Shown: one piece after another, positions 18,697-28,409 of the stretch
Position numbering within the stretch: the stretch's first letter is position 1
How the letters are laid out: every line of letters starts with the position of its first letter
Origin: Lawsonibacter sp.
GTDB lineage: Bacteria; Bacillota; Clostridia; Oscillospirales; Oscillospiraceae
DNA length: 53,747 bases
NCBI GenBank assembly: GCA_022799835.1
Contig: JAAWPF010000001.1
Span: forward strand, 1 to 53,747
Direction of reading: 5' to 3'
The notes under the pieces: generated by a model
Seen by the model: only the letters and a program-made list of their open reading frames with translations
Told to the model about the DNA's origin: nothing
The model's database searches: none
Made by a program: the position numbers and the translations under genes

Positions 18697-20289
18697 TTAT
18701 GTCAACTCATGTTTTGCCTCAATCGCCGCCGACAGCTTCTCCAGCAGGGTGTCGATCTCCTTGGGGAGGAAGTGGTAGGCGGCCCGGTTGGCGATGAACC
18801 GGGCAGAGATGGGCATGAACTCGGTCAAAACCTTCAAATTATTCTCTTTCAGGGTAGTCCCCGTCTCCACGATGTCCACGATCACGTCGGACAGGCCCAG
18901 AATGGGGGCCAGCTCAATGGAGCCGTTCAGCTTGATGATGTCGATGTCCCGGCTCTGGGCGGCGAAGTAGGCCTTGGCGATGTTGACGAACTTGGTGGCC
19001 ACCCGCAGGGGCCGGCCCGGGTCGTCGGTGAAGTCCGCCGGACCCGCCACACACATCCGGCATTTTCCAAGCCCGGTGTCCAGCAGCTCATAGACGTCGG
19101 CCCCCGATTCCTCCAGGATGTCCTTGCCCACAATGCCGATATCCGCCGCCCCGTGTTCCACATAGATGGCCACGTCGCTGGGCTTGACCAAAAAGTAGCG
19201 GATACCCGCCTCGGGGTTCTCCACCACCAGCTTGCGGGTCTCATTGTAGTTCTCCGGACAGCCGTAGCCCACGCCGGCCAGCAGAGCATACACCTTATCC
19301 CCCAAGCGGCCCTTGGGCAGGGCTACGCTGAGAAGCTTCTTCCGGTCCGCCGCCGGAGCGGGGTCGGTGAAGCGGTTCAGCTCATCCAGGTAGAGGGCGT
19401 AGCCGATGGCCTTGGCGCCGGGGCGGAACTGCTGGGCCAGCAGGTCGTACCGCCCGCCTTTCAGCACCGCCCGGGGCAGGCCCTCCAGATAGCCCTGAAG
19501 GACCAGACCGTTATAGTAGTCCATGTCGTTGACCAGGGACAGGTCCAGCTTGAGGTGCTCGGTCTGCCCCTGTTCCGCCAGGGCTTGGCACAGGGTGCGC
19601 AGCTCGGTGAGGGCGCTCCCCATGGCCGCGTTCAGGGCCAGGGGCTCCGCCGCCGTCAGGACGGTCTCCCAGTCTCCGGCCAGGCCGGACAGACGGCACA
19701 GGGCCTCCGTCCCCTGACGGGACAGGCCGGCCGCCTCCCCCCGGCGCTGGAGCTCGTGGGCGTTCCGGTCCCGGATACAGGTCAGCAGCTGGGGCCGGAC
19801 GACCTCCGGGGCCCCCACGGCATCGAACAGACCGGTGACAAAGCCCATGTGGCTCAGCTCCAGCACGAAATCCCGCCCGGTGAGAGCCAGGCTCTGGATG
19901 GCCAGAGACACCGCCTGGGCGGTGACCTCCTCGTCCACCCCGCCGACACACTCCAGGCCCATCTGGCTGATCTCCTTGAAGGTATGGCTCTCCTGGCTGG
20001 GGCGGTAGACGTTCTCCACATAGTAGTACCGCCCGCAGCCGTCCTCCCCCACCTGGGCGTTCTTGGCGATGGAGAGGGTCACGTCGGGCTTTAACGCCAG
20101 CAGCCGGCCGTCCAGGTCGGTGAAGGTGATGACCTGCTCGCTGGAGAGAAACCGGCGGTTCTCCTGATAGAGGCCGTATTCCTCGAACCGGCCCATGTGG
20201 TACTGCCGGAAGCCGGCCCGCTCATAGAGCAGCCGCACCTGCAAAGAGATCCGTTCCTGGGGGCGGAGTATGTTTAAATCCAATTCCAT
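18697..20289 (-). CDS. hisG: Fused ATP phosphoribosyltransferase: HisZ regulatory domain + short-form HisG catalytic domain
   Basis: N-terminal HisRS-like HisZ (LALKPDVTLSI, EISQMGLE, YYNGLV, GGRYD, IGYAL), then in-frame VALPKGRL, DVAIYVEHGAADIGIVGKD, GSIELAP, DIVETGTTLKENNL. Confidence 0.95.
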   Translation of the reverse strand: MELDLNILRPQERISLQVRLLYERAGFRQYHMGRFEEYGLYQENRRFLSSEQVITFTDLDGRLLALKPDVTLSIAKNAQVGEDGCGRYYYVENVYRPSQESHTFKEISQMGLECVGGVDEEVTAQAVSLAIQSLALTGRDFVLELSHMGFVTGLFDAVGAPEVVRPQLLTCIRDRNAHELQRRGEAAGLSRQGTEALCRLSGLAGDWETVLTAAEPLALNAAMGSALTELRTLCQALAEQGQTEHLKLDLSLVNDMDYYNGLVLQGYLEGLPRAVLKGGRYDLLAQQFRPGAKAIGYALYLDELNRFTDPAPAADRKKLLSVALPKGRLGDKVYALLAGVGYGCPENYNETRKLVVENPEAGIRYFLVKPSDVAIYVEHGAADIGIVGKDILEESGADVYELLDTGLGKCRMCVAGPADFTDDPGRPLRVATKFVNIAKAYFAAQSRDIDIIKLNGSIELAPILGLSDVIVDIVETGTTLKENNLKVLTEFMPISARFIANRAAYHFLPKEIDTLLEKLSAAIEAKHELT

Positions 20290-20331
20290 AAGGGTGTCCT
20301 CCCGAAATGCTATGGTGTCAGTTTACTCCTG

Positions 20332-20366
20332 CTTTTTAGCAAAGTAAAGCGCTAATTCGTTAAAAC
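20332..20366. promoter_or_regulatory. Putative HisR(YerC/TrpR-family)-type operator(s)
   Basis: Minus strand reads TTTTAACGAATTAGCGCTTTACTTTGCTAAAAAG, containing CTTTA-N6-TAAA, similar to the Firmicutes HisR motif; no T-box evident. Confidence 0.45.
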
Positions 20367-20400
20367 ATCACTTTCTCCCTTTTGCACAAAGCCCGTCTGG

Positions 20401-20441
20401 CAAAAAGGACCGGATACAGGAATTTTGCCTCCTGTACCCGG
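20401..20441 (-). terminator. Terminator of the atp operon
   Basis: Minus strand CCGGGTACAGG...CCTGTATCCGG followed by TCCTTTTT. Confidence 0.65.
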
Positions 20442-20453
20442 CAAAATGGCGGA

Positions 20454-20860
20454 CTAGTTCCCCAGTCCCTTGACACGCAGACGGTTCAGGGCCCAGGCCA
20501 GGGCGGCCTGGGCCACCTGGTGCTCCTGTCTGCTCCGCTTTTGAAGCAGGGCCTCCCGGGCCTCATCGGCCTCCCGCTGAGCCCGGGCGGCATCGATCTC
20601 CTCCGGGCGCTCAATGGAGTCCACCAGGACCAGCACCTCGTTTCCCTCCACCTTCACCATCCCCGGAGAGATGGCGGCCGCCTGGACCGGCTGTTCCGGC
20701 GGCTGGAACCGCAGCGTTCCAGGACGGACGGCAGCAATCATGCTGGCGTGGCGGGCCAGGATGCCCAGCTCCCCGTCACTGGTGGGGACGGTCATGCTCA
20801 GGCAGGGTCCCTCATAGAAAATCCGGTCCGCCGCCAGGATGCGCGCCTGAAAGCTCTCCA

Positions 20861-20861
<1 letters not shown>
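20454..20861 (-). CDS. atpC: ATP synthase F1 epsilon
   Basis: PTSDGELGILARHA, IERPEEID..RAQR. Confidence 0.95.
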
Positions 20862-23176
<2,315 letters not shown>

Positions 23177-23180
<4 letters not shown>

Positions 23181-24934
23181 GCCCGCCTTCCGACCGCCAG
23201 ATACCGCCCGGCAAACTCTTGGGCCAGACTGATGATCTCCTCCCGGTCCTCCTGTGTAAGCTTCCCGGTGCGGTCAATGCGCTGGCACAGCTCCGGGGCC
23301 TGCTCCTCCAGACAGTCCAGCAGTCCGGAGCGGAAATCATCCACCCGCTCCAGAGGCACCTCCCGCATCACATGGGCCAGGGCGCACACCAGCAAAATCA
23401 CCTGCCGGTGCTGGGACAGGGGGGCGTACTGGGGCTGGCGCAGCAGGCGCATCAGCCCCTGGCCGTAGGCCAGCTGGCGCTTGGTGGCCTCGTCCAGGTC
23501 GCTGGAAAACTGGGTAAACACCTCCATCTCCCGGTACTGGGCCAGCTCCAGCCGGATGGCCCCGGCGGCCGACTTCATGGCCTTGGTCTGGGCGTCGCCG
23601 CCCACCCGGGAGACCGACAGGCCCACGTTGACGGCGGGCCGCTGGCCGGAGAAGAACAGGCCGCTCTCCAGGAAGATCTGTCCGTCGGTGATAGAGATGA
23701 TGTTGGTGGGGATATAGGCGGACACGTCCCCCGCCTGGGTCTCCACAATGGGCAGGGCGGTCATGCTGCCGCCTCCCAGCTCGCCGCTGAGGTGGGCCGA
23801 CCGCTCCAGCAGCCGGGAGTGGAGGTAGAACACGTCGCCAGGGTAGGCCTCCCGGCCCGGGGAGCGCTCCAGCAGCAGGCTCAAAGCCCGGTAGGCCACG
23901 GCATGCTTGGACAGGTCGTCATAGACGATGAGCACATCCCGGCCCTGGTGCATGAAATACTCCCCCAGGGCACATCCGGCGTACGGGGCGATATACTGCA
24001 GGGCGGCGGAGCTGCCGGCCGAGGCGCTGACCACGCAGGTATACTCCATGGCCCCCCTGCGGGACAGGTTCTCCACCAGCTGGGCCACCGAGCTGGTCTT
24101 CTGCCCGATGGCCACATAGATACACACCACGTCCTTCCCCTTCTGGTTCAGGATGGTATCCAGGGCGATGGCGGTCTTGCCCGTCTGCCGGTCCCCGATG
24201 ATGAGCTCCCGCTGGCCCCGGCCAATGGGAAACATGGAGTCGATGGCCAGCAGGCCGGTCTCCATGGGGGTGTTCACCGGCTGGCGTTCCAGAATACCGG
24301 GGGCGGGATTCTCAATGGGCCGGTAGCCCTCCGCCTGAATGCGGCCCTTCCCGTCCAGGGGCACTCCCAGGGCGTCCACCACCCGGCCCAGGAAATCCTC
24401 TCCCACGGGCATCCCGGCGGTTTTCAGGGTGCGGCGGACGATGCTGCCAGCGCTGACATTTTCACTGTCGTCAAAGAGCACACAGCTTACGCCATTCCGG
24501 CGCAGGTCCTGAACCATCCCCTTCACGCCGGAGGAAAAAATCAAAATTTCGCCGTACTTGGCATGGTCCAGCCCGTCCACGGAGGCAATCTCGCTGTCCA
24601 CCGCGCGCACACGGCCGATCTCCTCCGGGACCGCGGCCAGCTCCCACTCCTCCACGGCTTGGCGCATCAGCGGGATGATGTCATTCTCTCCCGGCTGGAT
24701 CTGACGCAGATAGTCCTGGAACTGCCGGATTCGACCGTCCAGAGTCCAGTCATAGATGTCGGAGCCCACCTGAAGCTGGAAGCCGGAGCGCAGCGTCTCG
24801 TCCCGCTCCCAGTGAAGGGGCACCTTCCGTCCATATTTCCGGGCGAGGAACCGGGCAAAACGGCTCTGCTGCTCCTGGGTCGGCTCCTGGGCGCTGCGCA
24901 GCTGGGCGGTCAGGCGGCCTCTCTCAGTCCTCAT
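23177..24934 (-). CDS. atpA: ATP synthase F1 alpha with an N-terminal delta(OSCP C-terminal)-like extension
   Basis: GDRQTGKT, ERSPGREAYPGDVFY, PTNIISITDGQIFL; about 90 extra N-terminal residues (LRSAQEP...DETLRSGFQLQVGSDIYDWTL) resemble the delta C-terminal domain; ATG 24934 after GAGAGGGGAG. Confidence 0.93.
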
Positions 24935-25050
24935 TCTCGTCTCCCCTCTCCGCCAGGTCCAGGAACTGGTCGAAGGGGTCAGCCTGAAGGGCCAGCCGCC
25001 TGGCGGCGGACGCCGCCCAGGACAAGGATACGTCTCAGCAGTCGATTCAT
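24924..25050 (-). pseudogene. Chimeric remnant: 5' stub at the atpE position fused out of frame to a 3' tail at the atpF position
   Basis: RBS + ATG 25050 gives MNRLLRRILVLGGVRRQAAGPSG* (stop 24979). Another frame gives ...AASAARRLALQADPFDQFLDLAERGDENED* ending at 24924 and overlapping the atpA start. Only 128 bp separate atpB and atpA. Confidence 0.65.
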
Positions 25051-25062
25051 AGCAAAAACCCC

Positions 25063-25887
25063 CTAAGATTTCATCTTCTCTTTTTTCTTTGGCTCTCCAG
25101 GCTCGGAGACCTCCCCATAGTACATAGACACCAGCATGGTGAGCACATAGGTCTGGATCAGGGCGTGGAGCAAGGTGAACAGCACCCCCACCGCCACCGG
25201 AAGGATAAAGCTCAAGCTCACATAGTAGTACACCAGCTCCGTCACCAGCAGGCCGCTGAGCAGGGCGCCGAAGAGCCGGAAGCTCATGGAGATAGGCAGG
25301 GAAAACTCCTTCAGCGTCCGGCCCACGCCCCTCACTCCGTTTCCGGCAATCCCTCCGGAGAGGATCACCAGATAGGACAGCGTCCCCATGGCGATGGCTG
25401 CGTTGATATCGGACAGCGGGGCGGGCAGGGTGACCGGGCGGCCTTGGACTGTCATCCACTGCAGCCCCAGCAGCTCGAAGAGGGTGCCCGCAAAGATGAA
25501 GGCCCCGGCCCCGAAGATATAGGCCCCCAGAAACCCGCACCGGTGGGGGCTGCTGCCTGAGGACATGCGGTCAAAGAGGCCCACCGCCTCCTCCAGCGCC
25601 AGCTGGAGCTTTCCCGGCACATACCGGAACCGGGGGATGGCAAAGACCCGGAGGAGGGCCGCTCCAATCAGCAGCGCAGCTGTGACAAGAAAGGCGGAGA
25701 TCAGCCCAGGGGTGACTTCCATCAGGCCAAACAGGTCAATCCGGTTGACGTCGTGGAGCACCGCGTCCCGCATGGTCTCCTGCACGCTCTCCGTCCGGCC
25801 GGCGAAGCCGGCCCACAGCGCCCCGATCAGCAGCAGCAGAATCACTCCCAGCCACAGAACCAATCCCTTTTTACTCTGTCTCATCAA
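25063..25887 (-). CDS. atpB: ATP synthase F0 subunit a
   Basis: PGKLQLALE, APLSDIN, PISMSFRLFG (essential Arg), HALIQTYVLTML. Confidence 0.93.
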   Translation of the reverse strand: MMRQSKKGLVLWLGVILLLLIGALWAGFAGRTESVQETMRDAVLHDVNRIDLFGLMEVTPGLISAFLVTAALLIGAALLRVFAIPRFRYVPGKLQLALEEAVGLFDRMSSGSSPHRCGFLGAYIFGAGAFIFAGTLFELLGLQWMTVQGRPVTLPAPLSDINAAIAMGTLSYLVILSGGIAGNGVRGVGRTLKEFSLPISMSFRLFGALLSGLLVTELVYYYVSLSFILPVAVGVLFTLLHALIQTYVLTMLVSMYYGEVSEPGEPKKKEKMKS

Positions 25888-25977
25888 ACATCCCTTCTCC
25901 GAAAGAACTGGCCGCGCCCAGCGGACACGGACGTCATCTGCCTCTATTATAGCCCCCGCGGTGCCGGTGTCAAGGAC

Positions 25978-26430
25978 TCAGCCCGCGCTTTTCCTGTGAT
26001 TTAAGTGGAGATAGGCCGCCCGAAACAGGGAGGAGGTCAGCATGGCCCCCACCGCCAGCGCCGCCGCCATACCGAAGGTATGCAGCAGGGTGTCGAGAAA
26101 GCGCCCGGTATCCCCCGCGACGCAGTAGCTCATGGCGTAGTAGATGCCGCCGCCGGGCACCAGAGGCAGCAGGGCCACCAGCAGATAGCCCGTCACCGGA
26201 CAGCGGCGCAGCCGGGCCATGACCTCGGCATACAGCCCAATAGCCGCCGAGGCCAGAAAGGCGGCCAGGATCGTGCTCCCCGCCAGCAGGTAAACCAGCC
26301 AGCCCAGGGCGCCCCCCACACCGCAAATCAGCTTGCCCACGCCGTGGATGTTGAACACAAAGGTAAATCCGATGCAGGCCAGGAAGGCCCACAGACAGGG
26401 CAGCCCGTAGTCGAACCAGAGCATATCCAT
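25978..26430 (-). CDS. Threonine/serine exporter family protein (ThrE_2)
   Basis: Hydrophobic; LLPLVPGGGIYYAM; paired with the upstream ThrE gene. Confidence 0.88.
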   Translation of the reverse strand: MDMLWFDYGLPCLWAFLACIGFTFVFNIHGVGKLICGVGGALGWLVYLLAGSTILAAFLASAAIGLYAEVMARLRRCPVTGYLLVALLPLVPGGGIYYAMSYCVAGDTGRFLDTLLHTFGMAAALAVGAMLTSSLFRAAYLHLNHRKSAG

Positions 26431-26443
26431 CCTCTCCCTCCTG

Positions 26444-27205
26444 TCAAAACGCTCCGCCGATGGCCAGGCCCACCGTCGAGCCGATGGCGATGGCTGAAGC
26501 GGTCAAAATGGCCTCCGCCGCCCGGCTCAGGCCGGAGATAATATCCCCCGCCATGATCTCCCGCATGGCGTTGGTCAGCGCCATCCCCGGAACCAGCACC
26601 ATCAGCACGCTGATGGTCACGTTGTCAAGGCTGTTCCCCAGCCCCATGCGCACCAACAGCAGAGATACCAGCGAGCCCAGAGCGCTGCAGACGGCCGTGC
26701 GGAAGAAGCCGTTAGAGCCAATCAGCCGGCGGCCGTATACCAGGCAAAGCCCCACCGCCAGGCCGCCGATCAGGGCACACACCGCGTCCGCCGCCCCGCC
26801 GCCAAAAAGCGGCGAGAAAAAGGCGGGGGCAATCCCATAGCCCATCAGCACCTGCCAGGGGGCGTACTGCCGGGCATAGTCCGTCAGAGCCCGCACCAGC
26901 GACCGGGCCTCCTCCACGGTTGGGCGCTGGGCGCACAGCCAGCGGCACAGCTGGTTGCACCGCTCCAGCAGCTCAATGTCCGTGCCGTGAGCTGCGATCC
27001 GCCGCATCCGGGTGATGGGGTGCCCCTCCGGGGTGGTCACGCTGACAATGACGCAGGTGGGAATGGCGAACACCTCCGGGGACTCCAGTCCATAGGCCTG
27101 GAGCAGCCGGCTTATGGACTCCTCCACCCGATAGATCTCCGCCCCGCTGTACATCAGCCGGCATCCCAGCTCCACAGCGCAATTCAGCAGCTTGTCGTAA
27201 TCCAC
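26444..27205 (-). CDS. Threonine/serine exporter family protein (ThrE)
   Basis: SGAEIYRVEESISR, LVPGMALTNAMREIMAGDIISG. Confidence 0.9.
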   Translation of the reverse strand: MDYDKLLNCAVELGCRLMYSGAEIYRVEESISRLLQAYGLESPEVFAIPTCVIVSVTTPEGHPITRMRRIAAHGTDIELLERCNQLCRWLCAQRPTVEEARSLVRALTDYARQYAPWQVLMGYGIAPAFFSPLFGGGAADAVCALIGGLAVGLCLVYGRRLIGSNGFFRTAVCSALGSLVSLLLVRMGLGNSLDNVTISVLMVLVPGMALTNAMREIMAGDIISGLSRAAEAILTASAIAIGSTVGLAIGGAF

Positions 27206-27334
27206 CGCATTCTCCCCTTAAAACGCGGCTTGTCCCCCCGGATCCTGGAGCCCTGCGCCGCAAATAAGTAATAGATAATGATACTCCTTTTTTCTAAAAA
27301 AGCAATTCGTGAACTGCACAAATTCTCCCCAAGC

Positions 27335-27368
27335 AAAAAACAGGGCAAGCGGACCGCCGCTTGCCCTG
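27335..27368 (-). terminator. Terminator after the DUF4397-like gene
   Basis: CAGGGCAAGCGG/CCGCTTGCCCTG stem followed by T6 on the minus strand. Confidence 0.8.
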
Positions 27369-27393
27369 ACCGGACTGTAGAGAGCAGAAACTC

Positions 27394-28329
27394 TCACCGG
27401 TCCACCAGAATCAAATTTTGAATTTTGTTCCGGCCAGTCCCGCTCTGGAGGAGGTAAACGGTATAGATCTCTCCTCCGGACACCTCCAGATACAGCGATC
27501 CAAAGGTCTCATAGGGCGGATAGACCCCCAGCCAGGCGGAGTCCAGCGTCTCGATATCCAGCGCCGCCGGCATGGCCGCCAGCCCGGTATCCGCATAGAA
27601 AAACTGATAGGTTCCGGGCATAATCCGCCGGAAGGCGGCCGCCTCCTTATATCGAAGGTCGCTGTACACCACTCGGCCGTCGCTCATTAAAACGTCCATC
27701 GGCCCGCTGTTGTAGGCCAGGTTGACCATACGGAAGCTGGAATAGCCGCCGCCGGGCGGACAGCACTCGTCCGCAATCTGCAGCAGGTCCAGCCCCCTGG
27801 AGGTCCTGACCACCGCAACGGTGGTCAGTCCATTGGCCTGGAAGGGCATGGATCTTTGAATGTAGACCCGGCCGTTCACATCAGCCACCTTCACAATTTG
27901 ATAGCCGGAGGGAACCCGGCCGAAATTGGTAACGGAGGCGTAATTCAGCCGGCTGGCAAATTGGCTGTTCGCCACCCAGATCCGGAGCGCCGGGTAGCCG
28001 TAGGCAGCGTTGAGGAACCGTACCCGGGACACCCTGGGGCGGTGCGTGGGCTGGACGATGATTCCGCCCGGCCAGCTTCCGCCGCCCGGGTAGACCGGGC
28101 CGCCCTCCCCAGGTCCAGGCAGCGGGACCACAGGTTCATCGGCGGCGCCGTCCCCCGGATAGACAGGACCGCCCTCGCCTATCTCGGGCAGGGGGATCAC
28201 AGGCTCATTGGCGGCGCCGTCCCCCGGATAGACAGGACCGCCCTCGCCCACCTCGGGCAGGGGGATCACAGGCTCATTGACGGCCCGGTTCGCGGGTGCA
28301 ATATAGTAATAAAAATCGCTTGGATTCAT
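27394..28329 (-). CDS. DUF4397-like protein with N-terminal Pro/Gly-rich repeats (possible spore protein)
   Basis: RVRFLNAAYGYP...VPSGYQIV and FRMVNLAYNSGPMDV...PGTYQF resemble tandem DUF4397 units. Start uncertain: the nearest strong RBS is about 30 nt upstream. Confidence 0.75.
   Translation of the reverse strand: MNPSDFYYYIAPANRAVNEPVIPLPEVGEGGPVYPGDGAANEPVIPLPEIGEGGPVYPGDGAADEPVVPLPGPGEGGPVYPGGGSWPGGIIVQPTHRPRVSRVRFLNAAYGYPALRIWVANSQFASRLNYASVTNFGRVPSGYQIVKVADVNGRVYIQRSMPFQANGLTTVAVVRTSRGLDLLQIADECCPPGGGYSSFRMVNLAYNSGPMDVLMSDGRVVYSDLRYKEAAAFRRIMPGTYQFFYADTGLAAMPAALDIETLDSAWLGVYPPYETFGSLYLEVSGGEIYTVYLLQSGTGRNKIQNLILVDR
28084..28278 (-). repeat. Three tandem 69-bp (23-aa) coding repeats NEPVIPLPEVGEGGPVYPGDGAA
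   Basis: Two near-identical units plus one diverged unit, seen in both DNA and protein. Confidence 0.92.
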
Positions 28330-28381
28330 ATGGCATAGACAGGAATATTAATTCCATTCTCCTTTCAGACGGGGCTATGCC

Positions 28382-28409
28382 ATTCTATGCCTCATTCCCT
28401 GGGGCGGTG
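28382..28409 (-). promoter_or_regulatory. Possible sigma-K/E (sporulation) promoter for the DUF4397-like gene
   Basis: CACC-16 bp-CATAGAAT fits the mACm-N16-CATAnnnT consensus. Confidence 0.4.

Noticed and set aside
28084-28278. Tandem repeat as a possible CRISPR array
   Set aside because: In-frame 69-bp coding repeats with no unique spacers and no cas genes.
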